Positions 21,078 through 31,519 are shown, counted from the stretch's first letter. The stretch: DNA of 64,000 bases from Alphaproteobacteria bacterium (GCA_046582565.1 JAYGED010000078.1:1926-65925); one strand, 5' to 3'. The notes: generated by a model from the letters alone, not told the origin. Numbers and translations: made by a program.

Positions 21078-23711
21078 ATGGCCGAAAGCGTCGTCATCGT
21101 CGAATCTCCCGCCAAGGCGAAGACTATCGAAAAGTACCTCGGCCCCGGCTTCACCGTGCTGGCGAGCTATGGCCATGTGCGCGACCTGCCGTCCAAGGAC
21201 GGATCGGTCCTGCCGGACCAGGATTTCGCCATGATCTATGAGCTCGATGCCCGGGGATCAAAAAACATCGCCATTATCGCCCAGGCGGTTAAGGGCGCCG
21301 GCAACCTGTTCCTGGCGACTGACCCGGACCGCGAGGGCGAGGCCATTTCCTGGCATGTCGCTCAGGCGCTGGAAGACCGCCGGGCGCTCGACGGTGTCGC
21401 GATCAAACGCGTCGCCTTCCATGAGATTACCAAAAACGCCGTTCAGGCGGCTATTGCCAACCCGCGCGATCTCGACATGAACCTGATCAACGCCCAGCAG
21501 GCGCGCCGCGCGCTGGACTATCTCGTCGGTTTTACGTTGTCGCCGGTGCTATGGCGCAAGCTACCGGGCAGCCGCTCGGCGGGGCGGGTGCAATCGGTGG
21601 CGCTGCGCCTGGTTTGCGAGCGGGAAACCGCGATCGAGGCCTTCAAGCCGCGCGAGTATTGGACCATAGAGGGTGATTTCCAGAGCCCCAGCGGTGATGC
21701 TTTCATGGCGCGGCTGACCCACCTCAACGGCGATAAACTCGGCAAGTACGACCTGCCCGACGAAGCTGCCGCGAGCGCCGCGGCGGCGGTTATCTCACAG
21801 AGGGATTTCACCGTCGCCGCGACCGAAGCCAAGCAGACGAAGCGTAATCCCGCGCCGCCCGTCACCACCTCGACCCTGCAGCAGGAAGCGGCGCGCAAGC
21901 TCGGCTTCGGCGCCAAGCGGACCATGCAGGTCGCCCAGCGCCTCTATGAGGGCGCCAACCTGAACGGCGAGATGGTCGGGCTGATCACCTATATGCGAAC
22001 CGACAGCGTCAACCTGGCCGGCGAGGCGCTCAGCGCCTGCCGCCAAATGATCGGCTCCAGCTTTGGCGCGGCCTACCTGCCGGACCAGCCGCGCGCCTAC
22101 CGCACCACCGCCAAGAATGCCCAGGAAGCCCATGAGGCGATCCGCCCGACCGGTTTCGACCGCCGGCCCGAGGACATGGCGGGCTATCTCGAAAGCGACC
22201 AGCGCCGTCTTTATGAACTGATCTGGAAGCGCACCGTGGCGAGCCAAATGGAAAGCGCGCTCATCGATCGCGTGGCGGTCGATATCGCCTCGGCGGACGG
22301 CGCAGCGACCTTGCGCGCCACGGGGTCACGCATCGCCTTCGACGGCTTCCTCAAGCTCTATCGCGAGGGCCGCGACGACGGCGAGGGCGCCCAGGAAGAC
22401 GCCGGCGACACCATGCTGCCCGCTCTCGCCGAGCGGGACGCCCTGGCCCGCGGCGAAGTCCGTCCCGGCCAGCATTTCACCGAACCCCCGCCGCGCTTCA
22501 CCGAAGCGACCCTGGTCAAACGGCTCGAGGAACTCGGCATCGGGCGGCCATCGACCTACGCCAATATCCTGTCGGTGCTCCAGGAACGCGATTATGTGCG
22601 CCTCGAGAAGAAGCGATTCATTCCCGAAGACCGCGGACGGCTGGTCACCGCCTTCCTGGAAAGCTTCTTCGGCCGTTATGTGGAATATAATTTCACTGCC
22701 GAGTTGGAGGACAGGCTCGACGATATCGCCAACGGCAAGCTCGATTGGAAGCTGGTCCTCAGGGATTTCTGGACTGCCTTTATCGCCAAGGTCGACGATA
22801 CCAAGGAGCTCAGGGTATCGGAAGTGCTCGACGCCCTGGATGAAATCCTCGGGCCGCATATTTTTGCCGACGACGGATCGGGCAAAGACCGCCGCGCCTG
22901 CCCGTCCTGCGAAGATGGCCGGCTCAATCTCAAGCTCGGCAAGTTCGGCGCCTTCGTCGGCTGCGGCAACTATCCCGACTGCCGCTATACGCGCCCCTTC
23001 GATGGTGGCAGCGACGGCGAGGCCGACAACGGGCCGCTCGAATTGGGAACCGACCCGGACAGCGGCCTGGCGGTAACCGCGCGAAAGGGGCCTTACGGCA
23101 ATTATGTCCAGCTCGGCGAGCAGAGCGACGATGGCAAGCCCAAGCGGGTTTCCCTGCCAAAGCCCATGGCGCCCGCCGACCTCGATCTCGAAATTGCGCG
23201 CGGCCTGCTGTCTCTGCCGCGCGAGGTCGGACCGCACCCGGAGACCGGCGAGATGATTGTCGCCGGCATCGGTCGATTCGGCCCCTATCTCAAACAGGAC
23301 AAGACCTTCGTCTCCCTGAAAGCCGCCGACGATGTGTTGAGCGTCGGTCTCAATCGCGCGGTCACCCTGCTCGCCGAAGGCAAACAGCGCGGCCGCAAGA
23401 AGGCCGAACCCCTGCGCGAAATCGGCGCCCACCCCCGTGACGGCGAGGCAGTGGTGGTGATGGATGGGCGTTATGGCCCCTATCGGCACCACAACGGCCT
23501 CAACGCACCGCTGCCCAAGACGACGACGGCCGAGGCGATTACCATGGAAGAAGCTGTCGCCCAGCTCGACGAGCGCGGCAAGGCTTCCAAGGGCCGCAGC
23601 CGGGCTGCTGCTAAGAAGAAACCCGCCGCGAAAAAGAAAAAGCCCGGCGCGAAGAAAAAGCCTGCCCAAAAAAATTCGACGCCACAAAAACCGTCAATGG
23701 CGGGGGAATGA
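21078..23711 (+). CDS. topA: DNA topoisomerase I.
   Basis: TOPRIM N-terminus (VVIVESPAKAKTI), Zn-ribbon Cys motifs and a Lys-rich C-terminal tail. Confidence 0.93.
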   Translation: MAESVVIVESPAKAKTIEKYLGPGFTVLASYGHVRDLPSKDGSVLPDQDFAMIYELDARGSKNIAIIAQAVKGAGNLFLATDPDREGEAISWHVAQALEDRRALDGVAIKRVAFHEITKNAVQAAIANPRDLDMNLINAQQARRALDYLVGFTLSPVLWRKLPGSRSAGRVQSVALRLVCERETAIEAFKPREYWTIEGDFQSPSGDAFMARLTHLNGDKLGKYDLPDEAAASAAAAVISQRDFTVAATEAKQTKRNPAPPVTTSTLQQEAARKLGFGAKRTMQVAQRLYEGANLNGEMVGLITYMRTDSVNLAGEALSACRQMIGSSFGAAYLPDQPRAYRTTAKNAQEAHEAIRPTGFDRRPEDMAGYLESDQRRLYELIWKRTVASQMESALIDRVAVDIASADGAATLRATGSRIAFDGFLKLYREGRDDGEGAQEDAGDTMLPALAERDALARGEVRPGQHFTEPPPRFTEATLVKRLEELGIGRPSTYANILSVLQERDYVRLEKKRFIPEDRGRLVTAFLESFFGRYVEYNFTAELEDRLDDIANGKLDWKLVLRDFWTAFIAKVDDTKELRVSEVLDALDEILGPHIFADDGSGKDRRACPSCEDGRLNLKLGKFGAFVGCGNYPDCRYTRPFDGGSDGEADNGPLELGTDPDSGLAVTARKGPYGNYVQLGEQSDDGKPKRVSLPKPMAPADLDLEIARGLLSLPREVGPHPETGEMIVAGIGRFGPYLKQDKTFVSLKAADDVLSVGLNRAVTLLAEGKQRGRKKAEPLREIGAHPRDGEAVVVMDGRYGPYRHHNGLNAPLPKTTTAEAITMEEAVAQLDERGKASKGRSRAAAKKKPAAKKKKPGAKKKPAQKNSTPQKPSMAGE

Positions 23712-23723
23712 TCAGGCCCGGTC

Positions 23724-25943
23724 TTGCCTAGAAGAAAGCCACGCCCGGCAACAGACGGCGCCTTCAGCCGCGAGGCCGTGATCGCCTTTATCAACGATAA
23801 TCCGACAGCCTGCGGACGGCGCGATATCGCCCGTGCCTTCGGCCTGCGCAAGAACGCGCGCAAAGAGCTGAGCGCAATTTTGCGCGAGATCGAGGATGAA
23901 GGAATGGTGCCGCGCCGCCGCAAGCGACGGCTCTCCCAGGCGGACTATCTGCCCGATACCGCCGTGGTGGAGGTCACCGGCATCGATAATGACGGCGAGC
24001 CCCTTGCCCGTCCCCTGGAGTGGCCCGGCGAAGGCGAGGCGCCGCCGATCGTCATGCTGCCCGAGCGTGGCGGCCGGGATGCCCTGGCCGTTGGCGACCG
24101 GGTGCTCGCCCGGCTCTCCAAGTCCGGCGCCGAGGGCTTCACAGGCCGCACCCTGCGCCGAATTCCCCGCGGGCCCGAGCGCGTCATGGGCATCTATAAG
24201 CGGATCAAGGGCGAAGGCCGCCTGATCCCCACCGACCGGCGCCTCAAATCGGAATTCAAGGTCTCCCAGTCCGATTCGAAGGGCGCGCGGGATGGCGATC
24301 TGGTGTTCGCCGTGTCTGTCCCCGGGCGGAGCATGGGGCTGCCCCTGGCCCGGATTATCGAACTCATCGGCGCCTCTCTGGATGATCCACGCAGCTTCAG
24401 CCTGATCGCCATTCACGCCAACAATATCCCGATCGACTTCAGCGATGCCGCCCTCGCCGAGGCGGCAGCCGCCGAAGGGATGACTAAACCCGGCGCCCGC
24501 GAAGACCTGCGCGACATAGCGCTGATTACCATCGACGGCGCCGATGCCCGCGACTTCGACGATGCGGTGTGGGCCGAAGCCGATGGAGAAGGCGGCTGGC
24601 ATGCCATGGTCGCCATTGCCGATGTCGCCCATTACGTGACGCCGGGAAGCGCGCTTGACCGCGACGCGCTGGTGCGCGGCAACTCGGTGTATTTTCCCGA
24701 CCGGGTGGCGCCCATGCTGCCCGAAGCCCTGTCGAACGAGCTTTGTTCCCTGAAGCCGGACTGCCTACGCCCCTGCCTCGCCGTTCATCTATGGATCGAC
24801 GGAGACGGCAGGCTCAAGCGCCATCGCTTCCTGCGCGGTTTGATGCGCTCGACGGCCCGCCTGACCTACGAACAGGTCCAGGCCGCCCGTGACGGACAGT
24901 CCGCCGACCCGCCTGACGTGATTGCGCCGCTCTATGGCGTCTTCAAAGCCCTGGACAAGGCGCGCAGGAGCCGCGGCGCCATCGACCTCGACCTGCCTGA
25001 ACGCCTGGTCACCCTGGGGGATGACGGCCATGTGGAGTCCGTCGCGCCGCGCAGCCGCCTCGACAGCCACCGGTTGATCGAAGAGCTGATGATCTGCGCC
25101 AATGTGGCCGCCGCGGAGACCCTGGAAAAACATCAGACGGTGGCGATGTATCGTATTCACGACGAGCCCGGCCTGGAAAAGCTCAACGAGCTGCGCGATT
25201 TCCTCGCCGGCTTCGATATCGCCCTGGCGGCGGGCAAGAGCCCGAGGCCGAGCTATTTCAACCGCATCCTGGCCGATGTGGAGGGCAAGCCGCACGCGCC
25301 GGCGGTCAATACCGCCATTCTGCGCAGCCAGGCCAAGGCTGAATACAGTCCTGACAACATCGGCCATTTCGGGCTCAACCTGTCGCGCTACTGTCACTTC
25401 ACCTCGCCGATCCGGCGTTACGCCGACCTGTTGGTGCATCGCGCCCTGATCCGCGCCTTGACCCTCGGCGCGGGCGGTCTGCCGGAAGGCGCCGAGGATC
25501 TCTTCGTCGATCTGGGCGAGCAGATTTCCGCCACCGAGCGGCGCGCCCAGAAGGCCGAACGCCAGGCCATGGACCGCTATATGGCGGCCTATATGGAGGA
25601 CCGTATCGGCGCCGTATTCGCCGGGCGGGTCTCTGGCGTCACCCGCTTCGGCCTGTTCGTCACCCTCGATGAGACCGGCGCCGACGGCATCGTACCGCGC
25701 CGCAGCCTGGGCGCCAGGGTCGATGTGGACGAGGCCGCCCGCACGATGACTACCGGGGGGACGGCCGGGGGGCGCATGATCAGGCTCGGCGACGCGGTCG
25801 AGGTCCGCCTGCGCCAGGCCGAGGTCGCCACCGGCAGCCTCGCCTTCGAGCTGTTATCGGGGGGAAGCGAGAGCCGGGCCCGCACCAAAAAACCGCGCAA
25901 AGGCCAAAAGCCACGCAAAGGCCGCCCTCAACGCCGCCGCTAA
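23724..25943 (+). CDS. rnr: Ribonuclease R (RNB family 3'-5' exoribonuclease with an S1 domain).
   Basis: RNB catalytic region, S1 domain and basic tail. TTG start. Confidence 0.9.
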   Translation: MPRRKPRPATDGAFSREAVIAFINDNPTACGRRDIARAFGLRKNARKELSAILREIEDEGMVPRRRKRRLSQADYLPDTAVVEVTGIDNDGEPLARPLEWPGEGEAPPIVMLPERGGRDALAVGDRVLARLSKSGAEGFTGRTLRRIPRGPERVMGIYKRIKGEGRLIPTDRRLKSEFKVSQSDSKGARDGDLVFAVSVPGRSMGLPLARIIELIGASLDDPRSFSLIAIHANNIPIDFSDAALAEAAAAEGMTKPGAREDLRDIALITIDGADARDFDDAVWAEADGEGGWHAMVAIADVAHYVTPGSALDRDALVRGNSVYFPDRVAPMLPEALSNELCSLKPDCLRPCLAVHLWIDGDGRLKRHRFLRGLMRSTARLTYEQVQAARDGQSADPPDVIAPLYGVFKALDKARRSRGAIDLDLPERLVTLGDDGHVESVAPRSRLDSHRLIEELMICANVAAAETLEKHQTVAMYRIHDEPGLEKLNELRDFLAGFDIALAAGKSPRPSYFNRILADVEGKPHAPAVNTAILRSQAKAEYSPDNIGHFGLNLSRYCHFTSPIRRYADLLVHRALIRALTLGAGGLPEGAEDLFVDLGEQISATERRAQKAERQAMDRYMAAYMEDRIGAVFAGRVSGVTRFGLFVTLDETGADGIVPRRSLGARVDVDEAARTMTTGGTAGGRMIRLGDAVEVRLRQAEVATGSLAFELLSGGSESRARTKKPRKGQKPRKGRPQRRR

Positions 25944-25951
25944 GCGGTTAG

Positions 25952-26998
25952 TCAGAGCGTCACATAGGCCTGATAGGTGAGCCCGACGGCGAGAGAGCCG
26001 GTCAGGCCGAGGGCCAGATACCACATGAAAACGGGCCGTCTGACCAGGGCGAAGACGGCCATGGCGGCGGGAATGCTGGTCACCCCGCCGGCTACCATGA
26101 AGGCGAGCCCGGCGCCGGGCGCCATGCCCATGTCGACCAGGGCCGAGACCGTGGGGATGGCGGCATAGCCGTTGAGATAGGCGGGAACACCGACGATTAC
26201 CGCCAGGGGGATCGCCCACAGGCTGTCGCCGCCGAGGGAGCTTGCGATGGCTTCGGCCGGCACATAGGCGACCATCAGGCTCTCCAGCAGGAAGGCCAGG
26301 GTCAGCCATTTGAACAGAAACCAGCCGGTGGTCCGCGCCTCGCCGGCAAACAGGGCGCGGCGCTCGCCCTCGTGCCAAAAGCGCCAGACCAGCTTTGTAT
26401 CATCCTCCAGGCTGGGCCCGGCGCAACCGCCGCAACCGCCATCGAACGCCTTAAGCGGGTCCGCAAAGGCGCCACGAGCGGTCAGGGCATGAGTGGCAAA
26501 ACCGGCGACAAGGCCAATCGAGAAGGCCGAGAGGGTCTTGGCCAGGGTGAATTCGAGACCCATGACCGGGGCCATCAGGACGAACATTTCCGGATCCATC
26601 AGCGGCGAGGCGATCCAGAACGCCATGACCGGCGCGAGCGGCACCCCCGAGGCGAGCAGAGCGGCGATGATCGGCACCACGCCACAGGAGCAGAACGGCG
26701 AGAGAGCGCCGAACAGGGCGGCGACGAAAATCACCGGCGCCTGGCGACCGCTGAATATCACGGCGATCTGGCGATCCAAGCCGGTCGCCTTGACCGACGC
26801 CGCGACCAGCACCGAGGCGAGCAGGAAGGGGGCGATGAAGACCAGGGAATCCAGGGTGAAGACCAGGGAGTCGAGCGACTGGCCGGGCACGGCGGCGAGC
26901 AACAAGGCAAACAGGCCGAGGGTGGCGAGAACCACCCGGTCCATGCGGCGGACAACGTCCAGGGAGAGAGTTATATCGGTCATCTCAGCTCGCCTCAC
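25952..26998 (-). CDS. DUF318 permease (ArsP-like, PFCSC motif).
   Basis: 348-aa polytopic protein containing SPFCSCGVVP. A 21-bp in-frame tandem duplication (LDSLVFT x2) lies near the N-terminus. Confidence 0.65.
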   Translation of the reverse strand: MRRAEMTDITLSLDVVRRMDRVVLATLGLFALLLAAVPGQSLDSLVFTLDSLVFIAPFLLASVLVAASVKATGLDRQIAVIFSGRQAPVIFVAALFGALSPFCSCGVVPIIAALLASGVPLAPVMAFWIASPLMDPEMFVLMAPVMGLEFTLAKTLSAFSIGLVAGFATHALTARGAFADPLKAFDGGCGGCAGPSLEDDTKLVWRFWHEGERRALFAGEARTTGWFLFKWLTLAFLLESLMVAYVPAEAIASSLGGDSLWAIPLAVIVGVPAYLNGYAAIPTVSALVDMGMAPGAGLAFMVAGGVTSIPAAMAVFALVRRPVFMWYLALGLTGSLAVGLTYQAYVTL

Positions 26999-27305
26999 TG
27001 TTCACGTCATCGATCCCGGCGCAGCATTCCTCGGTCAGCATATCGACCAGGGACTGCATCAGTGCGAAATCGAGTTTGCAGCGCAGCACCCTGCCTTGGC
27101 GTTCCTGGCTGATCAGCCCGCCGGTGACAAGATGAAGGATATGGTGGGACAAGGTCGAAGCAGGCATATCCATATGACGCCGGATGTCGCCGACGGACAA
27201 ACCGTCCGCCCCGGCGCGGACCAGCAGACGAACGATTTCCAGGCGCGTCGGGTTGCCGAGCTTTTCGAGACACTGAGCCGCTTGTTGAATTTCCATGGTT
27301 GACAT
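26985..27305 (-). CDS. ArsR/SmtB-family metalloregulator.
   Basis: wHTH fold (NPTRLEIVRLL...STLSHHL). Cys pair (EECC) near the C-terminus. Confidence 0.8.
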   Translation of the reverse strand: MSTMEIQQAAQCLEKLGNPTRLEIVRLLVRAGADGLSVGDIRRHMDMPASTLSHHILHLVTGGLISQERQGRVLRCKLDFALMQSLVDMLTEECCAGIDDVNSEAS

Positions 27306-27405
27306 ATAGGCCGCCATCCGATCCGTGTCAACGATAATTCTAGAATAGTCGAATAGTTATTAAACCACTGTTGACTCAGCATCTATGCACCCCTACCTAG
27401 AATTC

Positions 27406-28143
27406 ATGAAATTCCCCGACCCGTTGATCCGTGGCCGCCTGATCAAGCGATACAAGCGGTTCCTGAGCGACCATGAGATCGACGGCGGCGCCGTGGTTGT
27501 GGCCCATTGCGCCAACCCCGGCGCCATGCTGGGCCTGAAGGAGCCGGGCTCCGAGGTCTGGCTGTCGCCGTCGCGCAACCCGGCGCGCAAGCTCAAATAT
27601 TCCTGGGAACTGCTGCGCGTCGACGGCTCTCTGGTCGGCATCAACACGGCGCTTCCCAACGGTATCGTCGCCGAGGCCATCGAGGCCGGCAAGATCGCCG
27701 AACTCACGGGCTACGACTCCCTGCGCCGCGAAGTGAAGTACGGCAAGAATTCCCGCATCGACATCCTGCTCGAAGCGGATGGGAAACCGCCCTGCTACGT
27801 CGAAGTCAAAAACGTCCATCTCAAACGCAACAGTCGTGCCGAGTTCCCGGATTCGGTGACCGCTCGGGGCGCCAAGCATCTGCGAGAACTGGCCGACATG
27901 GTGGCCGGCGGCGCCCGCGCGGTGATGCTCTATCTGGTGCAGCGCGAAGACTGCGACGGTTTCGCCATTGCCGGCGACCTCGATCCGACTTACGCGGAGA
28001 CCTTCGAGCAATCGCGCGCCGCCGGTGTTGAAGCAATCTGTTATTCTTGTAAACTGACTACGCAATCAATAACCCTGGATCAAGCTCTGCCTGTCCATCT
28101 AGACGACTCATCATCTCATACCAAGGAACCTCATCAATCGTGA
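27406..28143 (+). CDS. sfsA: Sugar fermentation stimulation protein SfsA.
   Basis: IKRYKRFL N-terminus. An alternative ATG lies at 27385. Confidence 0.85.
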   Translation: MKFPDPLIRGRLIKRYKRFLSDHEIDGGAVVVAHCANPGAMLGLKEPGSEVWLSPSRNPARKLKYSWELLRVDGSLVGINTALPNGIVAEAIEAGKIAELTGYDSLRREVKYGKNSRIDILLEADGKPPCYVEVKNVHLKRNSRAEFPDSVTARGAKHLRELADMVAGGARAVMLYLVQREDCDGFAIAGDLDPTYAETFEQSRAAGVEAICYSCKLTTQSITLDQALPVHLDDSSSHTKEPHQS

Positions 28144-28946
28144 AAAACAGCGAAAGCCGCACAGCTGAGGGCATCCTCATCCATGGCGCCGAGGACTATG
28201 AAGCCATGCGCGTCGCCGGCAGGCTGGCCGCCGAGACTCTCGATTTCATCACCCCGCATGTGGTGCCCGGCGTCACGACCGGAATACTCGATGATCTGTG
28301 CGCCGGCTTCGTGCGCGATCTCGGCGCGATCTCGGCGCCGCTCAATTATCGCGGCTTTCCCAAATCGATCTGCACCTCGATCAACCATGTGGTCTGTCAC
28401 GGCATACCCGGCGACAAGCGGTTACAGGACGGCGATGTCATCAATATCGACGTCACTCCCATCGTCGACGGCTGGCACGGCGATACGAGCCGCATGTTTT
28501 TGGTCGGCAACGTTCCACTCAAGGCCCGGCGCCTGGTCGATATAACCTATGAAGCGATGATGCGCGGCATCGCCGTCATCAAGCCCGGCGCCACCCTGGG
28601 CGATATCGGCCATGCCATTCAATCCTATGCCGAGGGCGAGCGTTGCTCGGTGGTCCGCGATTTCTGCGGTCATGGCCTCGGGCGGATATTCCATGACGCC
28701 CCCAATGTGGTGCATTACGGCCGCCCCGGCGAAGGCGTGGTGTTGCGTGAAGGCATGTTCTTCACCGTCGAGCCGATGATCAATCTCGGCACCTATGAGG
28801 TGAAGCTGTTGAAGGACGGCTGGACCGCGGTCACCAAGGACCGTTCCCTGTCGGCGCAGTTCGAACATTCGATCGCGGTGACCGCCGACGGCCATGAGAT
28901 CTTCACCCTGTCGCCGACGGACAGGCATGCCCCGCCCTACAGTTGA
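28140..28946 (+). CDS. map: Methionine aminopeptidase, type I.
   Basis: The characteristic type-I Map metal-ligand His/Glu/Asp residues are recognisable in the translation. GTG start overlapping the sfsA stop. Confidence 0.9.
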   Translation: MKNSESRTAEGILIHGAEDYEAMRVAGRLAAETLDFITPHVVPGVTTGILDDLCAGFVRDLGAISAPLNYRGFPKSICTSINHVVCHGIPGDKRLQDGDVINIDVTPIVDGWHGDTSRMFLVGNVPLKARRLVDITYEAMMRGIAVIKPGATLGDIGHAIQSYAEGERCSVVRDFCGHGLGRIFHDAPNVVHYGRPGEGVVLREGMFFTVEPMINLGTYEVKLLKDGWTAVTKDRSLSAQFEHSIAVTADGHEIFTLSPTDRHAPPYS

Positions 28947-28952
28947 ACTTTA

Positions 28953-29645
28953 ATGAGTGGCAAACCGAATAAACCGGCTGGCCACGCCGGTCATCGTGAA
29001 CGCCTGCGCGACCGCTTCCTCAATGCCGGTGCGGACGCTCTCGCCGATTACGAACTGCTTGAACTAATTCTGTTTTCCGCCCTGCCCCGGGTCGACACGA
29101 AAGCCACCGCCAAGGCCCTGCTTTCGCGCTTCGGCAGCTTCGCCGCTGTCATCAGCGCCGAACCTCAGCGCCTCGAAGAGGTCAAGGGTATCGGGCGCGC
29201 CGGCGTGGTCGCGCTGAAAGCGGTGCAGGCGGCGGCCCTGGCCTACATGCGCGACGAGATCATGGATCAACCCATATTGAGTTCGTGGGACAAGCTGTTG
29301 CGATATTGCAAGGCGAGCATGGGCCATAACGCCACGGAACAGTTCCGTATCCTGTTCCTCAACAACAAAAATGCCCTGATCGCCGACGAGGTCCAGCAAA
29401 AGGGCACCGTCGATCACACCCCGGTCTATCCCCGCGAAGTGGTCAAGCGCGCGCTTGAATTGGGCGCCACCTCCCTGATCATGGTGCATAACCACCCGAG
29501 CGGCGACCCGACCCCGTCCAAGGGCGACATCGCCATGACCCGCCAGGTGGTCGAGGCCGCGGCCAAGCTTCAGATCGCCGTCCATGACCATCTCATCATC
29601 GGCCGCAACGACCATGCCAGCTTCAAGGCCATGGGCCTGCTCTAG
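28953..29645 (+). CDS. radC: RadC-like JAB-domain protein (UPF0758).
   Basis: [15 protein letters not shown] motif. 230 aa. Confidence 0.88.
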   Translation: MSGKPNKPAGHAGHRERLRDRFLNAGADALADYELLELILFSALPRVDTKATAKALLSRFGSFAAVISAEPQRLEEVKGIGRAGVVALKAVQAAALAYMRDEIMDQPILSSWDKLLRYCKASMGHNATEQFRILFLNNKNALIADEVQQKGTVDHTPVYPREVVKRALELGATSLIMVHNHPSGDPTPSKGDIAMTRQVVEAAAKLQIAVHDHLIIGRNDHASFKAMGLL

Positions 29646-30160
29646 TGAAATATTACCAGCGAATCATCTGGGGCGCGCTTCTGTTCCTGACGCTCATGGG
29701 CGCGCCCGCCCTGGCGGATCAGATCCTGCTCCTGTCGGACGGGCAGACGGTGATTTTGAGAGACGATGGAACCTGGGCCTATAGGGAAGAGAAGATTACC
29801 GGCGCCTTAAGCCTGGACTTTGGAAAATCCAAATACCAGCAAGGGCAATGCTATGCATGGCCCAGCCTGACAAACGATTCAAACAAGTTCGTCGACGGCC
29901 TGGCAATAAGCTATTCAACCCATTCCGGTAATGGCGCAACCCTCAGAACCAGCACGCTTAATTTCAATGTGATCGGCGTCGGAAAAGTCGTAACGCAGCA
30001 GGAATATTTGACTAAATTTGCCGCCGCTACATGCAATGACGTGGCCTATATTCAAATTGACGGCATCAACAAATGCAAAATCGGCGGGAAAAATAAAAAT
30101 AGCCAAATTTGCAACGATCTTTTGACCGTTTCCGCCGAGGGTATACGGGCCGTTAAATAA
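29645..30160 (+). CDS. Hypothetical secreted protein (signal peptide, 4 Cys), low-GC.
   Basis: Signal peptide ...GAPALA|DQ. GTG start overlaps the radC TAG. Composition is visibly more AT-rich than the flanks. Confidence 0.55.
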   Translation: MKYYQRIIWGALLFLTLMGAPALADQILLLSDGQTVILRDDGTWAYREEKITGALSLDFGKSKYQQGQCYAWPSLTNDSNKFVDGLAISYSTHSGNGATLRTSTLNFNVIGVGKVVTQQEYLTKFAAATCNDVAYIQIDGINKCKIGGKNKNSQICNDLLTVSAEGIRAVK

Positions 30161-30166
30161 ACCTCT

Positions 30167-31519
30167 TCAACCCACCGCCCCCATAATCGCCTCTGTGAAT
30201 TCAGCAAAAACAGCGTTGTGGCGGTCGATGTCGGCGGGGCTGGTCTCGGGCGACACCAGGGCGACGTTATAGAAGATGGTCAGCATGATCCCCCGATTGA
30301 GGAAGAACAGGCGGAACAGCCGGTCGAGGACCGGATCGGCGCCGCCGCGCGCCTCGGTGGCATTCGAGGGCTCACCCTTTAACCAGCGGTATTCCACGCG
30401 GGCGCCGAGCCGGGCAACGCCCCAGGGCAGGCCATGGTCCGCGATGATGTCGGCGACCCCGGATTCCAGACGCTTCGCCTGGGTCGTCATGTGGTCATAG
30501 GCCGCCTCGGTCATGACCTCCTCGAGCGTGGCCCGCATGGCGGCCATGGCAAGGGCGCTGCCGGACAGAGTGCCGGTGATTCCGGTGACGAAACTGTCGA
30601 GACCGTCGATCCAGGCGGTGATCTTTTCGCCGACCGCGGCGCTATAGCCGTAGACCGCCGCGGACACGCCACCAGCGAGCGGCTTGCCCAGGGTTATCAG
30701 GTCGGGCTCCAGACCATATTCCCTGACACCGCCGCCGGGCCCGGCGCAGATGCTGTGGGTCTCATCGATTATCAGCAAGGCCCCATGCTCGCGGGTCGCG
30801 GCGCGAAGCGCCTCGTGAAACCCGGGCTTGGGAAACACCAGCCCGACATTTGTCAGCGCCGGTTCGCACAGCACGCAGGCGATATCGCCCTCGGCGAGAG
30901 CCGCTTCGACGGCGGCGATATCATTGAATTCAACCATGCGGCTGGTCTCGGCCGGATCGATACCCGGACCCATGTTTTCGGCGCCGGGTCGCATCACGCC
31001 GTTCTCCAGGGTCGCCAAGGTTTCGTCGAGACTGCCATGATAACAGCCGTTGAAAATCAGCACGCGCCGCCGGCCGGTGATCGCGCGGGCGATCTTGATG
31101 GCAAAGCGGTTGGCGTCGGTGGCGCTCAGGGCAAACTGCCAATGGGGCAGACCGAAGCGCGCCGCCAAGCCCTCGCCGACATGAATCGAATCCTCGGTCG
31201 GCAGCATGAAACTCATACCGTTCGCGGCCTGAGCCGCCATCGCCTTGACCACCGGCGCCGGCGAATGGCCGAACAAGGCGCCGGTGTCGCCGAGGCAGAA
31301 GTCGATATAGTCATGGCCGTCCACATCGCGGAGGCGCGCCCCCTTGCCGGATTCGATGAACAACGGATGCGGCGACGCCCACTGTGTCATCCAGGGCATG
31401 GGAACGCCGTTATGGAGTGAGTGCTTGGCGCGCTCGAACAGGGCCAGCGATTTGCCGTTCGCCTCGCTGAATCTGCGTTGTTCGGCCGCCAGCAGGGCAG
31501 CAAATCGGTGGCGATCCAT
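30167..31519 (-). CDS. Class-III PLP aminotransferase (glutamate-1-semialdehyde aminomutase-like).
   Basis: 450-aa class-III aminotransferase fold. Overlaps the upstream gene by 1 nt. Confidence 0.75.
   Translation of the reverse strand: MDRHRFAALLAAEQRRFSEANGKSLALFERAKHSLHNGVPMPWMTQWASPHPLFIESGKGARLRDVDGHDYIDFCLGDTGALFGHSPAPVVKAMAAQAANGMSFMLPTEDSIHVGEGLAARFGLPHWQFALSATDANRFAIKIARAITGRRRVLIFNGCYHGSLDETLATLENGVMRPGAENMGPGIDPAETSRMVEFNDIAAVEAALAEGDIACVLCEPALTNVGLVFPKPGFHEALRAATREHGALLIIDETHSICAGPGGGVREYGLEPDLITLGKPLAGGVSAAVYGYSAAVGEKITAWIDGLDSFVTGITGTLSGSALAMAAMRATLEEVMTEAAYDHMTTQAKRLESGVADIIADHGLPWGVARLGARVEYRWLKGEPSNATEARGGADPVLDRLFRLFFLNRGIMLTIFYNVALVSPETSPADIDRHNAVFAEFTEAIMGAVG

Noticed and set aside
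26845-26890. 21-bp tandem duplication and other short in-frame tandem repeats (50245-50290; CAG/CAA run at 46095-46120) as possible phase-variation sites.
   Set aside because: The repeat units are multiples of 3 and few in number, so they do not switch frames. Noted inside the relevant features instead.
29645-30160. Assignment of the low-GC secreted protein to the MliC/PliC lysozyme-inhibitor family.
   Set aside because: Only a vague resemblance (S-G-x-G segment, Cys pattern). The defining motifs are not clearly present.
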